The translations under genes were made by a program, and so were the position numbers. Shown here one piece after another: positions 49,074 through 62,174 of a stretch of 64,000 bases of DNA. The notes under the pieces were generated by a model. It saw only the letters and a program-made list of their open reading frames with translations. It searched no databases and had not been told where the DNA came from. The stretch is from the NCBI RefSeq assembly GCF_006345805.1, contig NC_042999.1, positions 17,732,001-17,796,000 on the forward strand, in the 5' to 3' direction. The DNA comes from Octopus sinensis. Its lineage: Eukaryota. The stretch's first letter is position 1. Every line of letters begins with the position of its first letter.

Positions 49074-49514
49074 TATACAGACTAAAAGCAGCGAGATGAC
49101 AAACTCTTTAACGAGTCGTTGCATTTTTCAGACACATTATTTCTAACGACGAACCTTGCCTTTCTTCATTTTAGGATTGATAATATAAGGTACTAGACAA
49201 ACGCTGAGTCCATGTAATCAACTTTCTCTCTCCTCCTTAAATCTATTTTTGTCGAACGTTAAATGAATTAAGGCAGTGATCTGGGAAGAATCGTTAGCAT
49301 GAGAGACAAGATGCTTTGCGCCATTCTTTTTGGCTCTTTGCATTCTGATTTCAGATTTCGCCGAGTTCAACACTGCTGACGTTGCTTTCATTCTTTGAAT
49401 ATCAATAAATGATACCAGCTTAGCACTGGCATCGATATAAGCGACTTGCTTCCTTTGCGTCAGCTTACTGGCTTCATACAACAATTTGAAAACATTAATA
49501 TCGATAACCACAGC

Positions 49515-50290
49515 GAAAGTGTGGCGGACAGGTTAGTGCGTAGGGCAAGATAATTAGCTGCATTAAACCTGACTCATTAAGGTCTATGTTCTAATTCCAT
49601 CGGTGTCAAATTTGCTTTCTTCCTTTAACGGGCGAATAAAACAAAGTGCGGATGAAGTACAGTGGTCTATGTAATGAACTTAAACCTTCCATTAAAAATT
49701 ACGTCCTTCCGCCAAAATTAAAAGGGGTTATTATTGTTGTTATTAATATCGTAATTAATATCATATTAATCGTTGTCATTATTATCATCGACTCCATAAA
49801 GCAGAATCGGTAGCACACTGGGCGAAAGGCTTACCGTTATTTCGTCTGCCGCTAAAGTCTGTGTTCAAATTCCGCCGGGATCGAATTTGCTTTTCATCCT
49901 TTAAGAGTAGATAAATTGTCAGCTGAGTAATGCCCTGGATGTAATCAACTTGCACCTTCCCCAAAAATGTCAGGCATTGTGCCTATAATAAAAAGTATTA
50001 TTTTCATCGACCCCATAAGGCGGCGAGCTGGCGGAATCGTTAGCACGCCGGGCTAGGTGGCATTTCGTCTGTCTTCATGTTGTGAGTTCAAATGCCGCCG
50101 GGGTTGACTTTGCCTTTCATCTCTTTGGGGTCGATAAATTAGATACAAGTGAAACACTGGGGTCGATGTAATCCCCCAAAATTTAAAGGGCTTGTACCTT
50201 CAGTAAAAAGAATTATTATCATCGACCCCTTGAGGCGGTGAGCTGGCAGAAACGTTAGCACACCGAGTGAATTGCTTAAATTGCTTGTTT
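49515..50290 (+). repeat. Head-to-tail tandem array of SINE family 2 units (3 clear, 1 degenerate)
   Basis: Shared leader catcgac(t/c)cc at 49786, 50005 and 50220, spacing ~217 bp. Confidence 0.8.
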
Positions 50291-50399
50291 CTGAGATGTT
50301 GATTGTTCTGATGTATTTCAGAATTTCATTGACGTTTTTCTTTTTTTTGGTTCAACGTCCATCAATCAACATTTTTAAGGTTTGAAAATAACGTCGCTA

Positions 50400-51067
50400 T
50401 CGTTCTCCTGTAGTCTTACATTTATTCTGTCGTAGATTGCTTTTGTTCATGTGTCATGTCACTATTAGTTTTATCGTCTTCTTTTAGATCATCTATATGC
50501 CTCTCATCAAGTAAACTACTACTGCTCCTTTCCTGAACTATGAGTTTACTCTTAGTAAGCAATGTATTTTCATTCTTATCTATGCTGCTATTGTCCATTA
50601 TCCGTCTTTTGATAGCTTCGAGCTCTACTTCCGTGAACCAAGAATGTTTTCTTATTGCTCTAGCTTGATCACATATTCCGTGAGTTGAAACAATCCCTTT
50701 TCTCTCCAATAATCAGACATACGTTGTCGGTAACCCCTAATTTGAGCACCATTTTCATCTACCGAGTTGCTCAGGTAGCAACACTCCATGACCACAGCAT
50801 TAATTTGTTTGCTCCATCTACGCCGTGCGTGGTGGTCCCTTTCTGGATATTGACAGGCTGGAGCCGGACCAGAATCTCTGAAACTACCGGGTTACCATCA
50901 TTGGCTTCAGTTTCATTACCACCGTCTTTCACAATATTTTGTTTTTTCATTGTCACTCATATGAGATAGCGATTATCAGGTTGCGCAATTACCAATGTTT
51001 TTATCATGACACCATCACTAGATATATTATTACTAGCCGATAAGAAGACTCCACCCGTTTCCTTTCG
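50400..51067 (-). mobile_element. R4/Dong-like LINE 5' fragment (5' UTR and N-terminal ORF)
   Basis: RRRWSKQINAVVMECCYLS...IRGYRQRM..W.EKGLF, ICDQARAIRKHSWFTEVELEAIKRRI; 5' end abuts (TAA)n. Confidence 0.8.
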
Positions 51068-51379
51068 TTATTATTATTATCATCATCAGTGATATCACTG
51101 GTGTTATTGATTTTATTTGTAGTAGTAGCAGTGGTTGCAGCAACAGCAACTGTACAAGGGTCGCGGTTGTAGTAAGAGTGATAGTTGGGCCTTAGATTCC
51201 TGTGCTATCATAATAGTAGTAGTTGTAGTATCATTAGTCTTTAGTATCAGCAGCTGTAACATATTATTATTTGTATGTTTTTCACCACCACTAGTTGGCC
51301 ATCAGATTAGTGAATAGATAATATTCCACAGGTCTATAAATAGATTCGACAGATGGTGGAGAGGTAAGCCATAGAGACA

Positions 51380-51501
51380 AAAGGATCTTCGCACCCCTTC
51401 GGTTAAATGTGTTTACTCTTACCAATGGTCGTTGACAGCCCTGCCTTGATAATTTTTGTTGTTGTTGTTCTTCTTCTTCTTCTTGTTATTATGGGTGTGT
51501 A

Positions 51502-51561
<60 letters not shown>

Positions 51562-51750
51562 TGCGTGCGTTCGTATACACACACAGCGGTCTTTCACATA
51601 AATCTGTCTACGAGAAATCACTCATGTTATTCGTTGGTCATGGAGTAATGGTAGAAGACTCTCGCCCAAAACACCACTCAGTAGGTCTGACCCTAAAATC
51701 ACCTGGTTGCAAAGTCAGTTATCTATCCACAAAGACATGCCTTCTCCTGA
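51380..51750 (-). mobile_element. SINE family 1, old diverged copy
   Basis: ctgtctac..aaatcactca...tagaagactctcgcccaa remnants around a (TG)n tract. Confidence 0.55.
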
Positions 51751-52886
51751 TAGGTAATATGTCGTAAAAATTGTGCCATTTCTCCTATTAAATGTACTTA
51801 AATCAATCGAATGTTTTTTAGTCGTAAAATGAGGTTAAAATATTGTCCGAAGGGAGAGCATCCATGTACTAGATGAATCCGAGCGAAGTTTATGACTCAG
51901 AATAATGGAATACTTATGCATTATTATTGATTAATTTTAATTGATGAAAATTGATTTCTTAATCAATCTAGCATATTTAAGCATCATACAGGAATATTTC
52001 CAGACAATTCCAAAACGGTGCCTCCAGAGACAAGTAAATATTCACGTAGTCATATGGCGGCTATAATCAATATTAAATAATATATATTTAAATATTATAA
52101 CCTATTATCTTCAAATTTTTCTCAATTATGCATGAAGGCATTCAATAATCCTTTGCACGATAGGCAGATTACCATTAAAATGAATCTAGCTTTATATTTG
52201 ATTGCAAATATATAGTATATAAAGTAGCGCATAAGTGGCATTCTTGTACTACCCTGTCATTGAATTATAAACATACCCGTCTCGTTTGCCGCAAACCACA
52301 ACAACACCACCATTACACACCCCACCAAAAATGGAGGAAAGAAAATATAGCGACAGTGAATCTAATCGCTTCACTACAGTGTTGTCTCAAACTGAAAATC
52401 ACACAACTGCAAATACGTATGCAAATTGCTATAGTCACGCAAGCATAAATTCAGGTAGCAACACATAAATACTCACTTGCTCAAGCATAAAGACGCACAC
52501 GTATATTCATAAACGTACAAACAAAGTGTACGTATTCAGGTATCTCTGTGTGTATACACATACAAACACATACATACACACAGACAAGCACACGCATACG
52601 CGCGCGCACACATACACACACACACATATATATGTATATATGTATATATATATACATATATACATATATAAACACACATATATATGTACGTCAATGTACG
52701 GGCGCGCATGTATAGGTATGGACATGCGCGCTTATGCAAATACTATGAAAACTTTTACACCCTTACTTTTACTCCTTCCCCTCACATAGCGTCATTCGAA
52801 TAGCTCTTTTGAGTTAATAACCTTAATCACACAGTAATTTACCTTTGTTTAACGGTCATTTTCATAGCATTTTTTCCGATGGCAGG

Positions 52887-52945
52887 ATAACTGAAGAGAT
52901 GGCGGCGTGCATTTCCACCTCCACATCCGAAACTCTGAGTTTTAT
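52887..52945 (+). ncRNA. Type I HHR candidate with intact CUGAAGA and GAAA
   Basis: Stem I ataa/ttat; CTGAAGA; stem II gatg/catc(c); GAAA; stem III actc-t-gagt; GUU site. Confidence 0.5.
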
Positions 52946-53910
52946 AATGGCTACCGAAAATTGTCACACATACACACACACACACACAAACAAACACACG
53001 TGTGTGTGTGTGTACGCAAACATATACTAAAATCTTTTAAGTTATTCTATTACTGCACTGCGTGCACTAAGAAGGGAATAAACAATGTTGGTGAAGTTTT
53101 TTGCACTCCAATACCAGGAAAAGCCTCATCAGCAACAACGACTACTCAAAGAAATCCTTGGCCTGGAGTGTTGTCACATGGCAAAAATGTCATCCGCCAA
53201 GAATAGGGAATCACCAAGAAATAGTGGATGCAGCGACACGCTGTTGCAGTGCATGCTTCTATACTATTAGTACTACTACATTTTGTAAGAGGAACTGTTA
53301 TACTTGTAGTCAATCAAGCGACTGTTTAGGGGCTACGTGATTAAGAATCCTAAACATATATTAACATATGATATGGGACCACAACATAAATGGTTATAAT
53401 TCTAAATATATTTTTAACAAAGAAATTTGATGAAATATATCGTACAATATTTCCTTAATATTTTCGTCGTAGTACTTAATCAAAGATTTTGAATTGACGC
53501 ACAGACAGCCAATCAGGAAATTTGTTAAGTTTAGTTTTTCCTTTTAAGTCTTCTGATATGTATTCTAAAGTTTTGTTTTTCGTATACTTCAAAATGATTA
53601 TATAATGCGTATTTTCTTTGTTTTTAAATTGTCTTTCTACTTCACTGCGCCGTGAATTTCAGTGCCGCTCAAACCATTTGAAATTTAACTAAAAGTGTCT
53701 TCCGTTATTTCTGTGTTTAATTACTTTTCTTCTTAGAGTTTATTTTATAATGTTCATGAAAAAAGAATTCGCTTTTGAAAATTTATCTTACGGGTAAATG
53801 TCTTCCACTCTTTCATTATACTCTTTTTATCATACTCAAAATATTTTAGCGTATTAGACACCTGTTTGAATGTATTATCATTCTTATTGTAGTGATATGT
53901 CAGCTACATC

Positions 53911-54128
53911 AAGGCGGCAGCGGGAAGAAACGTTAACGCGCCGGGCGAAAGGCTTAGCGGTATTTTGTCTGCCGTTACGTTTTGAGTTCAAATTCCGCCG
54001 AGGTCGACTTTACCTTTTATCATTTAGGGGTTGATAAAATAAGCACTAGTTACGTACTGGGGTCGATCTAATCGAGTGCCCCCCTACCCCCAAATTTCGG
54101 GTCTTCTGCCTGGAGTAGAAACGAATAT
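53911..54128 (+). mobile_element. SINE family 2
   Basis: aaggcggcagcgggaagaaacgttaacgcgccggg...gagttcaaattccgccgaggtcgac. Confidence 0.85.
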
Positions 54129-54449
54129 GTCACCTACATCGTCTTCAGTAGCACTAATTGCCCGTTATTAGTACCATCAATCTGTTGGTTTCGATGAGTT
54201 TACACCAATCTCCAGTTTACATCAGGTGCTGGTTTGTTTACGTTTTTGTAACTTACATGTTCGCCACAAGATCTCGATAAAATCAGGCACCGAATTTAAG
54301 CAATTTATTACTGTTCCTCAAAACCTTCAAAGCGATTCTCTACCATGATTACAGTACAATGCCTGAGAGAATTAAGAAAGGAAAAAATGTCAGAGATTCC
54401 TTCACACACAGACACACACAAATATGTGCATGTATATATATATATATAT

Positions 54450-54652
54450 GATAGATCGGTAGCCACTACACACATTTTTCTCTCTTTTTTCTCTTCTTGT
54501 TTCTCTCCTTGATTTTTTCTGTGTCCCATTCTGTAGAAGAGCTTAGGCTCGAAACGTAAAAGAATTTTTCAATTCCTGAGTGTTATACTAATACATCTGA
54601 TAGTTTTGTACACCACCTGTCTTCGTCTTTTGTTTTCTTCGTAAACTCTCCC
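54450..54652 (+). mobile_element. Short non-autonomous HHR-bearing element between TA arrays
   Basis: Contains the HHR at 54526-54562; 3' half shared with 13722-13815. Confidence 0.6.
54526..54562 (+). ncRNA. Minimal type I HHR with CUGUAGA core variant
   Basis: ctgtaga+a; stem II gagc-ttag-gctc; GAAA; ACGT stem III; GUA site; weak stem I. Confidence 0.58.
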
Positions 54653-54806
<154 letters not shown>

Positions 54807-54941
54807 GGTCCCGGGTTGAGTCGGGGTTAACAACAGTAAATAAGGTACTCAATACATAGCAGAGTAAATTAATTTATTTTATATGATGATTTCATTTGAA
54901 TGAAACAGTTCTAGTCTGTAGAAGCTCCTTCTATAAAATAA

Positions 54942-55023
<82 letters not shown>

Positions 55024-56004
55024 CGTCAAAATTTAAAATTTCCTTAGTGATACGCCGACCGTTATGTATATTCACTGTCTATGGCCTTCGCTGGGTGTAC
55101 ATCAGGCGTTCCTCGGTTGTGTATAGGCATTTATATATCATATATGCATACATATCTGTATATGTGAGACTACAAATATCTGGTATTTTAGTAGAAATGT
55201 TTCTCTGATCTTAACTATTGAACAATGCAATATTAATATTATAAAGACAATTCATATCCTAGAAACACTATGTTGCTAGATATAATGATGCTGCGTGCAA
55301 CATTTTAAAATCGCCGTTAAGTCAGGGGAATATAAATTTTGGAACGAATTAGAATAGAAGTCTGTAAAAGTAATTATAAACCTTCATAGAGTATGTAGAT
55401 ATTTGAACAATATTCGCTGGAGAAACAGACTATATTTTAATACTTAATTGGTTTTATATGAATGTAATGTCCACGGTGATTCAAAGTAATTAAAATATAG
55501 TGATTTTATTTTCTTGAAAAAAAATATATATTGTTCATAAAAACCTAACAAAAGAAAATGTTAAAATCAAATTTAAAAAAAGGATTGCAACAATTACTCT
55601 TGGTTTTCTAATACTTTCGTACACGCATACAAATTATCACACAAGAAGACACAACCATATATATATATATATGTATAAATTTGTATTCTTATCTTATGTG
55701 TATTGAATTATAATGTATATATCTATGGTTTTAAGGTTCTCATTTTTGTTAAATGAATAAATAATTCAACATTCTAATATACGAAAGCTGATGAACAAAC
55801 TAAATTGTTTCTCCATTTCCTTATTTGTATTATAAATTAACGGTAAAATATTTCTTTACCTTCACCCGTTTAATACAAAAATAAGTTAACTGCATTGCAA
55901 TTGGATAAATACGATGCCTTAGTAGGTTGGATCCATAACCCTTAACTTTTTATTATATATATATATATGTGTGTGTGCATGTGTGTGTGTGTGTATGTGT
56001 GTGT

Positions 56005-56308
56005 GTGGAGGCGCAATGGCCCAGTGGTTAGGGCAGTGGACTCGCGGTCGTAGGATCGCGGTTTCGATTCCCAGACCGGGCGTTGTGAGAGTTTATTGAG
56101 CGAAAACACCTAAAGCTCCACGAGGCTCCTGCAGGGGGTGGTGACGATCCCTGCTGTACTCTTTCACCACAACTTTCTCTCTTTCTTCTGTTGGACTGCT
56201 CGCTTAGCCTGCGGGGTGGCGTCATTTGAAGGCTAAAACAATGCGAAGCGCATTGTGACCAGCGATGTGTAACAACATCTGATAACCTGGTCGGTCACGG
56301 TGGTCACG

Positions 56309-56313
<5 letters not shown>
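56005..56313 (+). mobile_element. SINE family 3d (family-3 head and body, different tail ending ggtcacggt repeats)
   Basis: Near-identical to 57290 up to cacaactttctctc, then switches to a tail also seen at 56861. Confidence 0.85.
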
Positions 56314-56350
<37 letters not shown>

Positions 56351-56860
56351 TATATATATATATACACCTCTGTACAGTATTCCGAACGTTGAACGAGTGA
56401 AAAAGAATGTTCCAATATACGCAGATGTTATGTATCTTTTATTTTTATTATGTCAAATGAAATAGGCAATCTTACTCGAAACATCGTCAAGAATCGAAAA
56501 TACAAAACCTTCTGTAGCAGAAACGTTAATTAATTTACTGTGTTTACGTCATTTTGTATTTATTTTCCCCGTTTTCCTTTCACAGATCAATTTTGCTTAC
56601 AGTTTAGTCTATATAGAACACTTATTTTACTCTTCTAAACCCAAATATCATAAGCCGTAGCGGAATATCCCTCTAACGAATGGCATTTACGCGTTTGGAA
56701 CTCATTCATGTTAACACTTTATACTTTTGTAACTTTCGAATTAGCTTCGTATTCATCTGCGGTGTTATCATACGTCGCGAATCCCCTAAGTCTGTAATAA
56801 ACGTAGAACTTACTGAGAGAATTCCAACGTAAAAGAGAATTTGAGATGATATAGATAGAA

Positions 56861-56983
56861 TGGCCTGCTTGATTAGCCAGCGGGGTGGCGTCTTTTGAAG
56901 ACTAAAACAATGCAAAGCGCATTGTGACCAGCGATGTGTAGCAACATCTGATAGTCTGGTCGGTCACGGTGATCAGGGTGATA
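56861..56983 (+). mobile_element. Headless 3d tail
   Basis: Matches 56190-56313. Confidence 0.82.
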
Positions 56984-57289
56984 GATAGAATTATACTTAA
57001 TTTTCAACAGATGCGACTGAGATGTTACCTGGCCCGATGAAAGCTGCAAACTGAATTTTCTGTAATAGACAAAGATAAGGATATATTTGCCATTTGGGTT
57101 ACAAGTAATACATTGGCAGCTATTTCTAATATCTCTCAGGGGTATCATGCCTGAGTCGATGTTCAGATCTATCCACGTTAGAACCATATGTCCACGAACA
57201 ATTCTTCAGTCCCTGATGAGATTATAACAGAGAAACCTGAAATGTGTGATATGCCACATTCACTTATCGTCGTGTTAATATTATTGGTA

Positions 57290-57672
57290 GTGGAGGCGCA
57301 ATGGCCCAGTGGTTAGGGCAGCGAACTCGCGGTCGTAGGATCGCGGTTTCGATTCCCAGACCGGGCGTTGTGAGAGTTTATTGAGCGAAAACACCTAAAG
57401 CTCCACGAGGCTCCTGCAGGGGATGGTGGTGATCCCTGCTGTACTCTTTCACCACAACTTTCTCTCACTCTTACTTCCTGTTTCTGTTGTACCTGTATTT
57501 CAAAGGGCCGGCCTTGTCACTCTCTGTGTCACGCTGAATATCCCCGAGAACTACGTTAAGGGTACACGTTTCTGTGGAGTGCTCAGCAACTTACACGTTA
57601 ATTTCACTAGCAGGCTGTTCCGTTGATCGGATCAACCGGAACCCTCATCGTTGTAACCGACGGAGTGCTTTC
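57290..57672 (+). mobile_element. SINE family 3a, full length
   Basis: Near-identical to 27775 and 48689. Confidence 0.92.
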
Positions 57673-58288
57673 ACATATAGGTCTTTGACTTATTGAAAGT
57701 TGCTTTTTAACGAAGAAAATAAAATACAAAAGTACCAGCGAATTTTCAACGATTGTCGGAAAAAGATGGAGTTCATTCCGACTTACCACGTGTTGAATTT
57801 CTCGAGTTCATTTACATATATAAAGAAAGGTGGTTCCGATTTAATTTATTACCCAAATTGGTCTTATTGAATTTAAATATTTTTTTAATTTATAACTGTG
57901 CAAATTATATTCCAGAAGCATACGTAATTTCTGTATTCATATATATTTTAATTATTGTCTGCATATTATTGTAGCCTTGTAGCTTGGTGGTGAATGAAAA
58001 TATTAGACAATTGAAATAATGTCCAAAACTCTCCCTTGCCTTCAAATAATAAATTAACTATAATTTCGTTAAAAATGTAAACTGATTTTTCACTTTATCA
58101 TCAATGAATAGAAATTATCTCACCTTTCCTTGATAATCGTTAACAATTCATAGTAATTTTGTTTTATTTCCGGCAAATTAAACGAAAATTTTGATATATG
58201 AAATATATATTATGCACATATGGAACTTAGAACTAATAAGCATCCAGTTGCATATACATAACAATGTGTCCGTGTCTTTCTCTATACG

Positions 58289-58335
<47 letters not shown>

Positions 58336-59555
58336 ATCCAGTATATTCACTCATACACATTGGGATAGAGGCGCAAACGCTCGTCCAAATAGATGCGTAT
58401 TTGTATGAAATGCTAGTGTAGCATTAATGGCTGTTGATACCAAGCGTGTGTAATTGGAATGATGTTGCATTTATTGAAATATCAATAGAATGTCGGGAAA
58501 TATTTATATCTCCATGAGTTTATAGTCACGTTTAAAGTAATAACCTTATTCACTTTTATTGAAAATTTAAATATATGACAATCTCTGAAAACCACGATGA
58601 TATGCAAACATATTTATTTTATGCTGCACACGATCAATTCAATATTTTTAAAATTTCTATTTCATGCCACGTAACATGATTTTATTATTCAAACGAATAT
58701 ATTGCATATAATTGGTTGTATATTGGATTGTATTACAGTTGCACTCTGTCTGATTAAAGAACCTTTTGAAAATCACTATACATGCATATGCATACTAACA
58801 GCAAGGCGGGGACACTCACACACAGAGACATGTATATATGTGTCTGTGTATGTGTCTGGGCGTGTGTTTCTATTTCAGGTCTTAGTATTAGTTGATGCTT
58901 GTACAGTATTTATATAGAATAATGCTAGTAGTTCACTATTCTTTATTGAACAACACGAAATCCTCAATATAATATCGTTCAATTTCCTTCATATTATATA
59001 ATGCATATAATTTTTGTAATATATTCAAAAAACTTTGTCGTAAACATATCCCATATTTTTCTTCAAAATTTTATATCACGCTGTGTAGAGCTGTGTATTT
59101 TCTGTTATGTTTTAGGAACTATTATTTAATGCATCACCGAGTAACTCAGATTCAAATATGCTTTGTGAAAATATGGATTGAGACAGGTATAAATCAGGTA
59201 AATTAAAACATATCATATACTTTACAAACTATTGAAAACGGTTTGCTTTCTATGAAATAGATATACCTATATATGTAGATGCATCGGTTAGGATGCGAAA
59301 ATAATTCATACATATGTGATGGTAATGCAAACAAAGTGGTAATTCTTACATTAATAATTTTTTCATGCACTGGTCAATTCGCTGGGTAGAGGAAACGGAA
59401 CTAACCAATCTACCACAAGCAAACCTCTACTCAGCGAATTTACCGGTGCAAGAACACAAATTTAAATTAACAATTACCACTTTGTTTGCATCACCATCAC
59501 ATATGTATCGATTATTTTCGTATGCCTATATATATATATATATAATATGCATGCA

Positions 59556-59621
<66 letters not shown>

Positions 59622-59648
59622 CGTGCGTGTATACATATATATATATGC

Positions 59649-59697
<49 letters not shown>

Positions 59698-59721
59698 TAT
59701 ATATACATAAATATATATACA

Positions 59722-60130
59722 TACTCTTTTTTACTCTCTCTTTTACACTTTTACTTGTTTCAGTCATTTGAATGCGGCCATGCTGGAGCACCGCCTTTAG
59801 CCGAGCAAATCGATCCCGGGACTTATTCTTTGTAAGCCCAGTACTTATTCTATCGGTCTCTTTTGCCGAACCGCTAAGTGACGGGGACGTAAACACACCA
59901 GCATCGGTTGTCAAGCAATGGTAGAGGGACAAACACACACACACAAACATATACACACACATACATATATATATATATAATATATAATATATACGGCAGG
60001 CTTCTTTTCAGTTTCCTTCTAGCAAATCCACTCACAAGGCTTTGGTCGGCCCGAGGCTATAGCAGAAGACACTTGCCCAAGATGCCACGCAGTGGGACTG
60101 AACCCGGAACCACACAGCCACTCCTGCGCC
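59722..60130 (-). mobile_element. SINE family 1 with a microhomology (acca) deletion in the tRNA head
   Basis: ggaacca|cacagcc lacks ~27 nt present in other copies. Confidence 0.88.
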
Positions 60131-60142
60131 TATATATATATG

Positions 60143-60227
<85 letters not shown>

Positions 60228-61192
60228 ATATATGTATATATATATTCAGAGATAGAGAATCAAATTTAATTTTGATGTCATTCAACACTAATAATTTCAG
60301 TCGTAGGACATTTTAAAAATTTATTTGTCCGTTATTTGTAATTAATACGCTTTGCTTCGGTGTTATGTAAGCTCCATGTTCTGTAGAAATGGCATTATCC
60401 AGTACTGAAGGGTATATATGATACTCTTACATAGAGCTAATGAGTTACAAAAGTTAGATTTTCACAAAATTGTCAAATTATTAACGGGGCGAAACCGAAA
60501 TTATGAGACGAGTGATAAGTTGTCGTACAAACTTTCTGAAATGTAGTGTAACCAGAATTTAGCATATTGGTGATATCCATACTTCTTAGAGTAAACTAAA
60601 CAACAGAAACAGAACTGATGCCAGGAAATTGTCGGTGCGTGTAAGCAGTGAATTTGTCACTCTGGGTGCAACGAATTACGTTTGAGAATTAATTGGCATC
60701 CATCTACCACAGAGTTCTCATAATTCACAAAGAGGTTTTCTATGTCCTTATTAGTGGTTTTGAAAGTGCTTTGAGTTAAAACCATGCTGATTCGTATTTG
60801 GACGGAAGATTACTATATTACTTTTCAAAAGTGCCCAACGATTTTATTATATTGATATATTTGCAAACAGAGTTCGTACTAGGGATTCTGTTTGACATTA
60901 AATAGGATCTTTCATGATTTATGTCGCCAGGAAATAGAAAGTTTGAATTTTAAGATATAAAAGCAGAAAACATAAATGCTTGGCGAGTTCGGAATTTCGG
61001 CGAATCAATTGTTTTCTTAAACGGGACACTGAATAAGAAATTCGACTTACAACTGAGTAATTGGCAGGTATTTGTTGAGAATATGCTATTGTAAACATAC
61101 CGTCACAAATATCAAAGTCATGATAGCAAATACAGCAGTAACTGAAACAACAATGCTAATGACGAGAGACAAGATGGTTCATGATGGATAGA

Positions 61193-61575
61193 TATTGGGT
61201 TGTCCGGAAAGTTCATGCCGATTTATAGTAGGTTCTTATTTTAGAACATGATTGTGTCCATAAAATATGATTTGATTACACCTCACTTTAAAGCAGAGTT
61301 TGAGCTATCTTTTCGTGGAAGAAGGTTTATGTTCGTATAAACTGCATTAATTCTGTAACCCTTTAAACTGGAAGATAAGACAGTTCATTTTCAGCACTTG
61401 ATGTTTTTGGAACCAGACAAAAATTGCTGCATATCGGCTGTGATGTGCTACCCCACCCTCCATATTCACCAGATAGTGCTCCTGCGGAATTCCACTTATT
61501 CAGGTTTTTGCAGAATAGTCTTAATGGTAAAACTTTCAATTCCTTGGATGACGTAAAAAGATACCTTGATGAATT
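61193..61575 (+). mobile_element. Mariner deletion derivative (same junction as 22740), right end lost at a TA tract
   Basis: Left TIR tattgggttgtccggaaagttc; HPPYSPDSAPAEFHLF. Confidence 0.9.
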
Positions 61576-61854
61576 ATATATATATATATAGTAAGTGTAG
61601 GTGGTATACGAGTGGCTATATATTTATAAAAAAGAAGTTTGATAACGCCTCTATATAAGATACATTTTAATTTTCTGAGAAATTTTACATGTTCCGGTTC
61701 TTCTTGAAAAAAACAAGCTTATCAAAAATAATTTTAAAAGTTAAGTGTAATAAAAAAAGTTCATAATTTTTTCTTACTAGTCTCAACAGAGTCCACGTGG
61801 TGGTTTGTTTGTGCCGTGGAGCATAATAGCTGTCTTGTGTGTTGTCTAGATTCG

Positions 61855-62066
61855 TTGGCTGAGTTTTCTACAAAACGATAAGATACATTGCAGAAGAGTT
61901 ATTTTAATGACTTGTATTTATTTATCACCCGACGTGATACATCTGCACCGCCGGATGTTTCTGAGCAGTGTCCAACCCACGAAGAATCGATATTGGAAGT
62001 TTCGAAATAACTGTCGTTATTGAGAATGGATTCTTGTATATACTAACATCTGTCTTTGATTTGCCT
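61855..62066. repeat. Diverged duplicate of 17165-17385 (inverted)
   Basis: See 17165. Confidence 0.8.
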
Positions 62067-62136
62067 TGTTTATATGAAGTATTTAAATTGAACTGAATGT
62101 ATAATTGTTCAATTTATTTTGTTTTGCGTTTCCAAT

Positions 62137-62174
<38 letters not shown>

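Noticed and set aside
49218-49511. 97-aa non-repetitive minus ORF
   Set aside because: No recognisable domain or convincing splice sites; overlaps the edge of a degenerate SINE
53080-53340. Harbinger-like motifs (FLADDIFA, VADEAFP) on minus
   Set aside because: The two motifs would be the same position duplicated in different frames; no other DDE motifs
57213-57250. CTGATGAG...GAAAC as an HHR
   Set aside because: Stem II does not pair, there is no stem I, and the site would be GUG
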